Assembly (NCBI GenBank): GCA_951406725.2
Contig: OX597819.1
Location: forward strand, 8,370,001-8,434,000
DNA from: Octopus vulgaris
Taxonomy: Eukaryota
DNA: 64,000 nucleotides
Reading direction: 5' to 3'
The notes under the pieces were generated by a model. That model was not told where the DNA came from. It did no database searches and saw only the letters and a list, made by a program, of their open reading frames with translations. The position numbers were made by a program, and so were the translations under genes. Of the stretch, positions 13,736-27,362 are shown in pieces. How positions within the stretch are numbered: position 1 is the stretch's first letter; each line of letters opens with the position of its first letter.

Positions 13736-14104
13736 AGTATGCCCTACATTGTAATAAAACACACGTAACATAGAATATAAAATATACCAAATTATCCAGT
13801 TATTGTCTTAATATTATTTACCGGTAATTTACCGGTAATTTGAGCTATAAAGAATGACTTTCCCTTTTAAAATAAAACGTCTACATGTATATATTTGATT
13901 ACTGGAATATGGAGTAATAGTGTGGATTAAAACCCCTTCTATACACTATATACATACATACATGTACACACATAATGATGTATACGCATACACACATATA
14001 TATATACACACACATACACACAAACACACTCACACACACACACACGCACACGCACACGCACACTCACACACGCTCAAACACACACACACACATACGCGCA
14101 CATA

Positions 14105-14208
<104 letters not shown>

Positions 14209-14413
14209 ACGTTTTTCAATAGTCAAGACTTTTGAAGAGTTTTCAAGACGCAGCGAAAATTTTAGGAAAATAAAAATAAAAATAAGTGGGAATTTTACCG
14301 GTGTGTGTGTTAAATAATAAGGCACAAAAAGAAAATGACTCACCCCAGACACAACAGAATATGCTTCAACACACGAACTCACATAAAGAATCTTGCAAAC
14401 CAAATCCCCAAAT

Positions 14414-14458
<45 letters not shown>

Positions 14459-14779
14459 GAAATATTAAAATTACTAAGTATCTCTAAAGGAGATTACGGC
14501 AGCGTTACTAGAAATTAATAGTTATCGCCATACTTATATGGCAGTCTTATAAATATAAGACTAAAGCTGTCGCTGATTAGCTCCAAGAGGCCACCGCCTC
14601 AAGCTAGCTATTTGACACACAACCTGCGTCCATTATAAACCTTCGAACAGGGGAGGTCAGCCGCTTCATCCTGCCAGTCAGATAGCTGCCGACATGTTTC
14701 AGGGTATATTTGAACTTCGTTTACTTTAAATACATTATTGTGCCTTATATTTAATGCAATATTTATGTGTATATGTATG

Positions 14780-14867
<88 letters not shown>

Positions 14868-15680
14868 TAGATATATATATTGCATTAAATATAAGGCACG
14901 ATAATGTATTTAAAGTAAACGAAGTTCAAATACTAATGATATGAAAGGATTTTTGTTTTCAATGAATGACAGTCAATGATCGGCTGTCATTCATTTAAAA
15001 CAAAAAATGCAGCAAAAACATTCTGACGTAACGGGTTTGATTTCCACCGGTTTCTTTTGATTTCAGACTTTCTTCATCTCTACAACCCTGTTTCAAATCT
15101 GTGCATATTTCTTCTGTTCCGGATTCAGACTTCTTGGTAGCGATGTCTGAACATCTTCTAACAGGAATGCAGTATTTCTCGCTTCTTTCATTGGTTCAAA
15201 CGTGTGAGATGTAGTGACGCGTAGCACTTACTTTAAGCATAGGATCCTGTTATGTTTATCATTTGTGCAGTCGTTGTTTTCAATGCAATGCACCAGCGTG
15301 CACTCACACACATTTACCTACTGCAGAGGCAGTTATCAATAATTTTATTTATTTATTTATTTATACATTTTTTTTGGATGTGTGCAAGTTGGGACTAAGC
15401 ACACGATTAGCTGGATTTTTGCTGACGTAGGAGAGAGACAGAGATAGACAAAGAGTGAGACGCCAGTGATAGTGATTCATGAGACAGCCGCAGTGGCGAC
15501 GGTGTTTGAGTGCAATAAAAAGGGTGGAATAATAATTACAACAAAAGTGGCGTGTGCAAAAAATGAGGAAGTCTTCTACTGCAAATTCTTTCATCTTCAT
15601 TTTGCATTACAGAAGTCTTATTTCAATCTGCCAATACATAAAAAAAAATCTGAATAAACATGGGCATTTGTACGAGCGCA

Positions 15681-15717
<37 letters not shown>

Positions 15718-15791
15718 CCATGTTGATTCGCTAGCTTTTGCACGCATATATTCTTTTCTCTCCTTCTTTCTGTGTTTTTTTTCTCTGTGTA

Positions 15792-15829
15792 TCTTTCTGT
15801 TGAAGAGCGTAGGCTCGAAACGTTAAAGA
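15792..15829 (+). ncRNA. Minimal type I hammerhead ribozyme motif (A6U core variant)
   Basis: TCTTT CTGTTGA A GAGC-GTAG-GCTC GAAAC GTT AAAGA: stems I and II pair perfectly, and stem III is the palindrome AACGTT. Confidence 0.65.
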
Positions 15830-15926
15830 CTTGTTTCATTTATATTTCCTGAGCGCCATACTAATACAATTGTTTGTTTGTATTCCACCTGCCTTCGTCT
15901 TTTGTCTATTTTCATAAAGCTTACCG

Positions 15927-15967
<41 letters not shown>

Positions 15968-15968
<1 letters not shown>

Positions 15969-16117
15969 GCGCAGACGTGTGTATGGTAAGAAGCTAGCCT
16001 CCCAACCAAATAGTTCACTGCATGGCACCTTGAGCAAGTTTCTTCTACTATATCCTCAAGCCGACCAAAGCCTTGTAAGTGGATTTGGTAGACGGAAACA
16101 GAAAAGAAGCTCGTCGC
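15968..16117 (+). mobile_element. SINE family A, 5' half
   Basis: GGCACCTTGAGCAAG...GTGGATTTGGTAGACGGAAAC matches the other family A copies. Confidence 0.75.
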
Positions 16118-16192
<75 letters not shown>

Positions 16193-16246
16193 TGTGTGCG
16201 TGTGTGTGTAGTTGTATGATAATTTACAGTACCGACTACTAATATA

Positions 16247-16635
16247 TTCTTTTCTACTCTAGGCACAAAACCCGATTTTTTTTTTTTTTTTTTTTTTTGG
16301 TGGGGGCAGTCGATTAGATCGACCCAGTACGCAACTGATACTTAATTTATCGACCCCGAAAGGATGAAAGGCAAAGTCGACATCGGCAGAATTTGAACTC
16401 AGAACGTAAAGACAGGTGAAATACCTATTTCTTTACTACCCACAGGGGGCTACACGCTGAGGGGACAAACAAGGACAGACAAACGGATGAAATCGATTAT
16501 ATCGACCCCAGTGCGTAACTGGTACTTATTTAATCGATCCCGAAAGGATGAAAGGCAAAGTCGATCTCGGCGGAATTTGAACTCAGAACGTAACGGCAGA
16601 CGAAATACCGCTTAGCATTAGTCCGGCGTGCTAAC
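16247..16635 (-). mobile_element. Dimeric Meta-domain SINE (family C)
   Basis: Two GCCTTTCATCCTTTCGGG(G/A)TCGAT..AAGTA(C/T)CAG cores; TSD-like GACTA(C/T)TAA(T/A)ATATT. Confidence 0.85.
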
Positions 16636-16782
16636 TATTTAGACTATTAAAATATTGATAGCATTATATAAAATGCCATTATAAAAATAGTAAACAAAAA
16701 TAGTAATTGCTAGTTTATATAGGTGATATGTATACGTATGTAATTTTTATGTATAAGTATGTAATTTGTCCAGGTAGACATG

Positions 16783-16820
<38 letters not shown>

Positions 16821-16986
16821 TTAAAATGAAGGTGAGAAATTAGATGTTAATTTAATTAACATCGATTTCACACCAGTGGTTTAGCATATAAAAAAACTGA
16901 AGTAAAATTGTATTATATACATATTAGAGGGAAACCAAGCGGATCTATTTCTAGCATAAGGGTGTTCACATAGTGGTTTCCCTCTA

Positions 16987-17071
<85 letters not shown>

Positions 17072-17280
17072 CGTTCGATCAGAAATTAGCACATGCGTTT
17101 AAGTGTGTGTTTGTGTGCATGTCTGTGTGTATGAGATTATGTCTGCGTGCGCACGCGTGTGTGAATACATCTGTACGGGTATGCACCAGTGTAAGCGTGT
17201 GCATGTATGAAGTCACGTAGGTATGCATACAGAAGACAGGAAGAAAGATTTTGATACTTTTATTTGCATTTCAATAACTG

Positions 17281-17502
17281 TATTTCTTTACTACCCACAA
17301 GGGGCTAAACACAGAGGGGACAAACAAGGACAGACAAACGGATTAAGTCGATTACATCGACACCAGTGAACTGGTACTTAATTTATCGACCCCGAAAGGA
17401 TGAAAGGCAAAGTCAACCTCGGCGGAATTTGAACTCACAACGTAGCGGCTGACGAAATACGGCTAGGCATTTCGCCCAGTATGCTAACGTTTCTGCCAGC
17501 TC
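17281..17502 (-). mobile_element. Meta-domain SINE (family C)
   Basis: Colinear with 39073-39301. Confidence 0.88.
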
Positions 17503-18618
17503 AACTGTAGTAGTCTTCACATCAGTCATTGGCAAGTATTACTCTTGGGCCGGAACCACCCAACACTCCCTCAAACGAACTGTAGAATCCATCATGCGGT
17601 GTCTAGAAAGACGGTGGTTGGTCTGTGTGCAATATTTTGTTCATCCGTAATTACAATAACAAAAGCATTATGCTATAACCTATATATACTAACAATTACT
17701 ATTTTTCTTTTACGCTTTATAAATATGGAATATTACATAGTGCTATCAATATTTTAGTAGTCTGTATTGTACCAGATCATACAACTAAATTTATAATGCT
17801 TCCGAATGCCCATAGTTTACTGCTTTTTAATATATAACATTCGGGAATATTTTACAATGAATTATGTCTTGAACTATTTGTAACTACACTATCATTTACC
17901 AATAAAATAAACAGCTTTCCATTTGTAGTAAGATTAGCGATATATGTTAGGATAATCTTTGACTGCTTGCAGTTATAAACACCACAACTGAGAGTAATGA
18001 AAGCTTTGACATTATAATTTTTCATGTATAATTGCTATATAAGGTGGTTATGTTTCTACTAATATTGTAAAGATTTTAAGCTTGTTAAAGTTAGACAAAT
18101 GTATTAATAAAATTTGGAGAGAAAAAATGAAATTATTGTTATAAGGATTTCTTAATCTTATTTTTCTTTGCAGTAAATCCCCATGTCAACAAAACACAGG
18201 AAAATTGACGCTCCCATGTCAACAAAACACAGGAAAATTGACGCTAAGTGGAGAGCTTTCGAAGACAGCTAGACAGAAAAGTTTTTCTTTATCTAACACT
18301 TCGGTAAATCTATATACCTAATTTACAATGGAAGATTGCTCTAAATAAAGCCTACATCAATAGCTACTATGAAAAATCATACGAAATTCTTGGTAAGGTG
18401 TGATGAACGAAGTGGTAAAAGTAGTAAATATGATCTTGTATCGCCAGTTTCGATAGCATTTATTTGAATCAGAGAATGAAAATAGAGACTTGCACTACTT
18501 TTGGGGGCGTTATCCAGTTCAATTACAAAGAGTTTATACGCTGCGGGAAGAAATAGCTAAAAATTTCTTGAGAATAAAACGTGAATGCCACAGATTTTCC
18601 CGATGACCTTCAAGCCTG

Positions 18619-18818
18619 GCATTTACTCTTTACTCTTTTACTTGTTTCAGTCATTTGACTGCGGCCATGCTGGAGCACCGCCTTTAACCGAGCAACTCGA
18701 CCCCGGGACTTATTCTTTTGTAAGCCCAGTACTTATTCTATCGGTCTCTCTTGCCGAACCGCTAATAACGGAGACATAAACACACCAGCATCGGTTGTCA
18801 AGCAATGCTAGGGGACAA

Positions 18819-18916
<98 letters not shown>

Positions 18917-19074
18917 GACGGGCTTCTTTCAGTTTCCGTCTACCAAATCCACTCACAAAGCTTTGGTCGGCCCAAGGCTATAGTAGAAGACACTTGCCCA
19001 AGGTGCCACGCAGTGGAACTGAACCCGGAACCATGTGGTTGGTAGACAAGCTACTTATCACACAGCCACTCCTT
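18619..19074 (-). mobile_element. tRNA-headed CORE-like SINE family A (possibly octopus OR1-like)
   Basis: Head GGAGTGGCTGTGTGATAAG..GGGTTCAGTTCC, GGCACCTTGGGCAAGTG core, internal (TA)n, (GAGTAAA)n-type tail. Confidence 0.88.
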
Positions 19075-19469
19075 CTAGTAGATTTAACAACTTCTTTTAA
19101 AATACTTGCAGTGCCAAGGAAAATGGTAGCAGAAACATGGCATGAAACTACTTAGTTGCTTTTAAAGCAACATCAACTAAAAATAGCCATCAAACATAAT
19201 GTGTATGCACTGTTAATGGGTAAAGATACCCGAGAGTTCAGCAGGAGAAATCAAATGCGTTCATCTCCCAAAAACTTATAGAGGCAACAACTATAGACAG
19301 CAAAGATTTGTCACTGTGATGCATAACTTAGCAAATAACTTTTGCCCTTGTTTTGTTAACACTAGTTCACAAACAGATGATTCAGTTTTCTGCTGTGATG
19401 CATTAATTCTAAATTTCATGAAGTGAGTTTATCTCCTCTGGAGTTCTACAAGAAATATTGTCATCTTGG

Positions 19470-19854
19470 TGGAGGTGCAATGGCCCAGTGGTTAGGGCAG
19501 CAGACTCGCAGTCATAGGATCGCGGTTTCGATTCCCAGACCGGGCGTTGTGAGTGTTTATTGAGCGAAAACACCTAAAAGCTCCCCGAGGCTCCAGCAGG
19601 GGATGGTGGTGATCCCTGCTGTACTCTTTCACCACAACTTCCTCTCACTCTTGCTTCCTGTTTCTGTTGTACCTGTATTTCAAGGGGCCGGCCTTGTCAC
19701 TCTCTGTGTCACGCTGAATATCCCCGAGAACTACGTTAAGGGGACACGTGTTTGTGGAGTACTCAACCACTTACACGTTAATTTCACGAGCAGGCTGTTC
19801 CGTTGATTCGGATCAACCGGAACCCTCATCGTCGTAACCGACGGAGTGCTTCCA
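19470..19854 (+). mobile_element. SINE family B
   Basis: Full length; TSD ATTGTCATCTTG at 19457-19468 and 19854-19865. Confidence 0.92.
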
Positions 19855-20013
19855 TTGTCATCTTGATAGATAATGACAATAACATCAGTGTTCGGCAGCA
19901 CATATATGAGTGAGTAATTTACGAAAATTACACGAGTTGCTGATGATCATTTGGAAGACCGAAACTGCACAATCTAGCTTGTCAACGGTGAATATACGTT
20001 AAGTTTAATACAT

Positions 20014-20218
20014 ATCTTTTATCTTTTACTTATTTCAGTTATTTGACTGCGGCCATACTGGGCCACCGCCTTGAAGGATTTTAGTCGGACAAATCGAAAC
20101 TAGGTCTTTTTTCTAAACCTGATACTTATTCTATTGGTCTATTTTTCCGAACCGCTAAGTTACGTGGGCGTAAGCATACCAGCATCAGCTGTCAAATGGT
20201 GGTGCGGTACAAACACAG

Positions 20219-20260
<42 letters not shown>

Positions 20261-20827
20261 GCGCACGTATATCTTTATATATAAAAGTGAAGTTGTGTGT
20301 CTGTCTCCTACGATTTAGATTCCTAACTACTCCCACATTTTGTGGTGCAGTTTGACCAAAACCGGGTATCTTATAGTCGTGATTCATATCGAGCCCTTCT
20401 GGGTATTAGCACGCGTCTACGATGAGTCTACGATTTAAAAAAATATTACCATCATTTTTTCCATTTTAATGCATTTTTTCGCTATTATATAAGAGAAGTA
20501 ACTCTCTAAAAATGTCTACGATGAGTCAACGATTAAAAAAAAAAATTACCATAATTTTTTTCCCATTTTTAATGCATTTTTTTTGCTATTTTTTGGCTAT
20601 AACTCTCTAAAAGTGCTTATATAGTTATTTCCCTTACAAACCCGAGCAACGCCGGGCGATACTGCTAGTATATATATATATATATACGACAGGCTTCTTT
20701 AAGTTTCCGTCTACGAAATACACTCACGTGGCTTTGGTCGGCCCGAGGCTAGATTGGAAGATACCTGTCGAAAGTGCCATACAGTGGACTGAAACCGGAA
20801 GTATGTTTCTTACCACGTAGCCAGGCC
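20014..20827 (-). mobile_element. SINE family A hosting a Helitron in its internal microsatellite
   Basis: Both halves of the family A sequence flank 20272-20668. Confidence 0.8.
20272..20668 (+). mobile_element. Complete non-autonomous Helitron
   Basis: A|TC ... CCCGAGCAACGCCGGG-CGATACTG-CTAG|T with no TSD. Confidence 0.92.
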
Positions 20828-21835
20828 TAAAACAACATCGCTTGCACACACTGGATTTTTATGCAGTCGGGAGATTACTCGCAATTCACCGTTTCGTATA
20901 TTGAAGGCAATAAATTTCGTTTCAGTATGTGGCTACGAGAAGCCATTTTAGTATGTATGTATATGAAGATATCTTTTATATTTTATCATTAGACTGCGGT
21001 CATGCTGGGGCAAAGCCTTGAAGGATTAATTTCTTCCATCTTCGTGCTCTGTTAATGTATTTGCGTAAAATTATATTAATGTTTCCGGCTGATTAAAATT
21101 CTATTTATTTGTGCAGATAGTGAAAGCCCTGCATTTAAATTGATATATTGATTGCATTTTTCAATTAAATGGAGTCGCTTGAAACGATCGTACTACATGA
21201 TTTCTTGATATCCTGTTGCTTATTTTGATTATATATATATATACACACACACATATGGATGAGTATGTATGTGAGCGCGTGCGAACATGTGTGTATAGAT
21301 GCATGCATATCTCTCTATATCCTATCTATCTATTTATCTGTCTCCCAATTTATTTATACTATATAAAACTTATGTGTGTGTATTTGTTTGTATGTGTTTG
21401 TATGCGTGTGAGTGTGTATACGTATGCGAGTTTGACTAATTATCCATAATGCGCTAATAGTCTTCTTATTGTCTGGAACGTCTGTCCTGCCTTTTCGCTT
21501 CAGTAGACCTGGTCTCGCTCTAGTAATTACGGTGCAGGTTTGAACTTGAAATATCAGTAAATTTGCGGTTTCTGTTTATTGGAAAGTTCAGCGTTCAGTG
21601 ATCCTTTTATTTTTCATTAATCATTTATTTTACAACAATAATAAAGTACATCATTTTTCAATATCTTCTATTTTCTGAACAAAGTTGGTTCGTCTTCACT
21701 CAAGATTTTTTATGTCGTCATAAAAAGAAAGGCATTTGACTCAGAGATGAGTATATACTGTTTCCTTCACTTCGTGGTCTGTGGCAAATTGACGGCCTCT
21801 TGAGGTATTTTTGAATGGGGCAAAGTTATAATAGA

Positions 21836-22157
21836 ACTTATTCGCCAGCTATGCGAAACTGGCCATCTAGCTACAGGAGCTTTGATTCTTTTAGAGGATC
21901 GTTAAATGCTTAGTAGGATCGTATATAACATTTTTCCTATCGATAATTAGGAAAATTATATGAAGCTTTTTCATAAACACACAAATAAAAGGAAAAGATC
22001 AATGCACAGAAAATATCATATAGTGAACTGTTAATTAATAAAATAAGGTAGGTTTCTTTCCATCACCCTTTTTGAGGGAACAATGTCAGAACTTTATTGA
22101 GGAAGATCCTATAGTTATTCTCAAACCTCATCATAAAAGTAGTAGTAGCAGTAGCAC

Positions 22158-22218
<61 letters not shown>

Positions 22219-22784
22219 TGTTGTTGTTGCTGTTGTTGTTCTTGTTCATGGTTTCGATAAATTCACATACCGCTAGGAAGAGAATTATATGATGTTTCGG
22301 GACTTATTCTTCATCAGAAAGAAGAAAATGTTTTCGACTGGTTGAAAAGCTGTTGGAAAATATTTTTAAAAATTATTATCTTTCCTCTTAGATGAAATGT
22401 TAGAGTTTCACTTTGATATGCCTAGGTTCTTAATACACACACACGCACACACACACACACATACACACACACACATTCATACACACTCAAGTACATATAC
22501 GTATATGTGTGTGTGTGTGTGTGTGAGTGTGTATGTGCGTGCGTGTGTGTGTGTTTGTGCACGCGTCTGTGTGTGTATGTATGTATACATATGATTAAGG
22601 CCAATTTAACGTTAAAGATACGATGTTATATTCATGGACAAGAAACTTAGCTCCCTGAAAGCTCTTTCCTTTCAGGTGAGGGGTCTCTCATGAAATCGTC
22701 AGTGTCCTCTTCTCCACTCAGCATAAAAAAACTTAACCACTCTGTATAATTATTTACAATAAAGTTCCTCCTCTTCCACCTCCT

Positions 22785-22846
<62 letters not shown>

Positions 22847-23239
22847 TAGCAGCAGCAGCAGCAGCAGCAGCAGCGGTAGTAGATTAATTCGCGTTTAAGC
22901 TCTGATCAAGCAATCATATGATCGTAAAACTCCGTTGATTTTGTTTTTCAGTTGTTCTACCTGCAGAAATCCTGCCTCCGCCCCTCAAAAGAAAGAAACC
23001 TACATTATTTTATGGAAAGAAACCTACCTTATTTTATTAATTAACAGTTCACTAAATGATATTTTCTGTGCATTGATCTTTTCCTTTTATTTGTGTGTTT
23101 ATGAAAAAGCTTCATATAACTTTCCTAATTATCGATAGGAAATATGTTATATACGACCCTACTAAGCATTTAACGATTCTCTAAAAGAATCAAAGCCCCT
23201 GTAGCTAGATGGCCAGTTTCGCATAGCTGGCGAATAAGT
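21836..23239. repeat. ~228 bp inverted repeat pair (21836-22063 / 23012-23239) around a ~950 bp spacer
   Basis: Direct reverse-complement match with few mismatches. Confidence 0.9.
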
Positions 23240-24165
23240 GAACACGGCTTGATTTTCAGTTGTGGCTGGTGCATTTTCATTTCATCTTAGCTACTTACGT
23301 GAACGACAACCAACGAAAACGCTTTTACGCGTCGCTTGACTTGCAAAAATACCAACCAATTTTCTTTCAAATGACATTCTACCACGCCGAAAGGAACAAA
23401 AACGTTGGATAATACAGTTCTGAATATACAATAACCGAAGAAAATGGTAAGTAACCAAAGCTGGAACCTCATTGATCATTGTTCTGCTGATCATTGTTCG
23501 GGGTTGTCTGGAGTAAAACTATTTCTTGCGATACTAATTAACTTTTGAATTCAGAACGTAGAGAGACAAAATGCTGCTAAGCATTTTCCCCGGCCTGCTA
23601 ACGATTCTACCAGCTCGCTGCCTTAGGATGAACTAATATTACTGAAAATGAGGCTCACTTGTTGTAGTAGTCATTGTCCTAAATAAATATATTTACGATC
23701 AAAAACATTCCAGCTTCAACGATGTTGTATTTCCCCTTTTCTACACCTAATATGTTGCAGTCCACACCATCTACTCTTTATTTCCTTTTTTAAAAGCGGC
23801 AAGATGTGATTTAAGAGAAATGTCGTTGCTATTCCTAGCAGGTTCACTGTATGGTTGTTTGGAATTGTATCCTTCCTTTTTGGACATTTCCTTCGCTTTG
23901 TCCACAATATCTCAGCATACGGCTAAGTCAGCCGCTTCACTAACAATGAATCTGGCGAGACCTGCATTAACTTAGGAAGGTGTAGGTCTTTTGCAAAGTT
24001 CCTTCAACACAATACTCTAGTTTTATAGTTCAGAACAGAAGATAATGGCATATGCTCTGTATAAAGTAATACATTGTAATCAAAGAAACAAAACAAATCA
24101 TTAGATCTTCAATTAGTAATATTTATTGCTGAAAATATACACCTACACAATGTAGATACACACAC

Positions 24166-24202
<37 letters not shown>

Positions 24203-24790
24203 TTGAATATTTTTCAATTAAACGGCAACAGTTCTTCTTACCTTATATATCTTCTTTGTCGAGCTTGAGCGAATCTAGAAAGATAATGAAACGAACTGAA
24301 TTTTTAGAAAGATTCTAGAATATTGGAGAAGATTGAATATCAATCAAATCAATCATATAGTTAATCAATTGAGAAATAAAATGAAAAATAAATGAAAAAT
24401 AAAATGAACGCAACTAGTAGACACTGGCGAATTTTAAGTAGCGATTTTAGCATCGTTTCCATGGCGTCGAGCGCATGAGATAAATCACCAGTCTGTTTAA
24501 ATAAGACAGCAAGCTCACTCAAGTAACATTCCATAATTTCAAGTATATACTACGGAAATCAATATAAATAAATACTCCCAGAATGATGTGAATATGCATG
24601 TCGAATACACAACGTCTGGGGGTAGCCTAGAATCGGCGAAAAGGGAAACAACTAGAACGCTTTTTATCGCGAGTTTGCACGATTCGTGCCAACTTAGGGC
24701 AGGTGATCAACAACTGCAACAACTGCAACAACGACGATGACGACGAAGATGGCAGCAATTCTTTTCGGATCGAGAATAAATTCTTTTTTA

Positions 24791-25180
24791 TGGAAGCACT
24801 CCGTCGGTTACGACGACGAGGGTTCCGGTTGATCCGATCAACGGAACAGCCTGCTCGTGAAATTAACGTGTATGTGGCTGAGCACTCCACAGACACGTGT
24901 ACCCTTAACGTAGTTCTCGGGGATATTCAGCGTGACACAGAGAGTGACAAGGCCGGCCCCTTGAAATACAGGTACAACAGAAACAGGAAGTCAAGAGTGA
25001 GAGAAAGTTGTGGTGAAAGAGTACAGCAGGGATCACCACCATCCCCTGCCGGAGCAGCCTCGTGGAGCTTCTTTAGATGTTTTCGCTCAATAAACACTCA
25101 CAACGCCCGGTCTGGGAATCGAAACCGCGATCCTACGACCGCGAGTCCGCTGCCCTAACCACTGGGCCATTGCGCCTCCA
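24791..25180 (-). mobile_element. SINE family B
   Basis: Full length; TSD AATTCTTTTTTA. Confidence 0.92.
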
Positions 25181-25869
25181 CTGAATTCTTTTTTATTCCC
25201 CGTACGAAAACAAACAATTGGTGTTGTTGTTGTTACTGGACAACTACTATTCACAGTATAATTATGACTGACGAGCCTTCATTGTAACATACTTTGTACA
25301 GAATAGTTTTGTTTAAAACGGAGTAATATTAAAGTTGTGTACAATATTGATTGGCGCTTGTATAACGCTTCGTATTGTGCACGCTTTATCGATCTTTCTA
25401 AGGTCATTTCCTCAGCAATGTGTACATCACTTGCAGTTCATTCATTAATCAAATCACTAGAGTCCAGCAGAAATCGCAAGGTTTCTATCTTTCCGTTAGT
25501 TGCTTCCCTAGAGAACAGACCAACATCAGATGGAAATTCTTGCGATTATCAGTTAAATCATTCCATATGAAGAATCAACGAAACCACTCCTCATTCATTG
25601 ACGTTTATTCATCCCTACCACTCTTTCAGACACACGCACTTTCTCTTTTTCTCTCTTTTCGTTTTTCCTTCTCGTACATCCATCCATCCATCCATCCATT
25701 CACCACCCCATCCCTACCCCGCTCATTCTTGCTCCCATCTTCATCTTCCCCGTTCGGCAAACTGTTGAAATTTTGAATTTCAGAAGATAGTATTTAAATA
25801 CACTTCGAAGCGATCACTGTATAAACACACACTCGCGCGCGCACAAATGTATATGTGTATATACATAAA

Positions 25870-25906
<37 letters not shown>

Positions 25907-25914
25907 ATATTATG

Positions 25915-25970
<56 letters not shown>

Positions 25971-25981
25971 ATAATATTCCA

Positions 25982-26046
<65 letters not shown>

Positions 26047-26063
26047 CATACATACATATATAC

Positions 26064-26113
<50 letters not shown>

Positions 26114-26269
26114 GAATATGTTTCATTCAAGGAAATCTTAAGATTTCTCTTGAATGATACAGTACTATATATATATTTCTATATAATAAATTAATTTTAC
26201 ATACTATGTATTGAGTACCTTACTTACTGTGGTTAACCCCGAATACATACATATATATATATATATATA

Positions 26270-26348
<79 letters not shown>

Positions 26349-26526
26349 GTACAGGTGTCTGTATTTTTGTAAAAACAGAAACTATATACACATTCACATT
26401 CATATACTTGTTTGTACTTACATAGTTATACAAGTATGTACGAAGATATTAAGATGCAAGAATACACACACACGCACACACATATACATACGTACGTACA
26501 TACATAAGCATACACATGTCGGCATG

Positions 26527-26631
<105 letters not shown>

Positions 26632-26703
26632 AATGTGACCTCGTGTGTGCCGTTGGCGATTTTTTCCTCTGACTTCTCTTCTCTGGATTTTTCCTTCTCC
26701 TAT

Positions 26704-26738
26704 GTTTCCGACGAAGAGCTCCGCTCGAAACGTTAAGC
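26704..26738 (+). ncRNA. Minimal type I hammerhead ribozyme motif (U4C variant) within a (TA)n-flanked insert at 26628-26838
   Basis: GTTT CCGACGA A GAGC-TCC-GCTC GAAAC GTT AAGC; shares the downstream CCTGAGCG with the 15792 motif. Confidence 0.65.
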
Positions 26739-26834
26739 CCTCCTTCTTCCCTTCTATCCTGAGCGTCCAATAATACTATATTTGTTCCACGTCCTCGCGT
26801 TGTTGTGTCTTTTTTTGTGTTTTCTTGTTTGGAT

Positions 26835-27014
<180 letters not shown>

Positions 27015-27362
27015 TGTATGTATGTATGAAAACTGCGTTTAAAGAGCTACATTCACTGCAATATGAACAGAGGAATGATAAAGTTCTGAGAGATGCAATG
27101 AAAGTGCTGGTAATGTACGACAATCTGAGTGAGTTAGGATGTTGTTGTCGTTCTCGTTGATTAGCATCAGGTTGACTCTGGTCGCGTGAACATATGGCAA
27201 AAGATTTTTTCCGGGTATATGGATACTTTCTTTTCTTTTTTACTTTTATACCGTGGACAAGCATTTCCAGTGAGTTCTTCGTTTTCAAATAGTATGTGTG
27301 ATCTGATGGCAGTTTCTGCTGCAACCACTTGGTGATTGAAGTAGGTGATATAACGTTAAAAG

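Larger units (their letters stand above)
16227..17769. mobile_element. Old TIR element (Tc1/mariner-type ends) filled with nested insertions
   Basis: TA|CAGTACCGACTACTAATATATT[SINE]GATAGCATTAT ... ATAGTGCTATCAATATTTTAGTAGTCTGTATTG|TA. Confidence 0.6.
18180..19990 (+). pseudogene. Decayed hAT transposase (SPIN/Buster/GTF2IRD2-like) split by two SINEs
   Basis: MSTKHRKIDAKWRAFEDS*TEKFFFI; LQRVYTLREEIA; LAF|LVDLT rejoined across a SINE; EFYKKY; SVFGSTYMSE; DDHLED. Confidence 0.75.

Noticed and set aside
16945-16955. GCTAGAAATAG on the minus strand, resembling the Cas9 sgRNA tetraloop
   Set aside because: An 11 nt match in eukaryotic repeat DNA, with no array or cas genes.
24703-25158. 151 aa ORF, and the recurring MVVIPAVLFHHNF ORFs
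   Set aside because: Chance reading frames through SINE family B.
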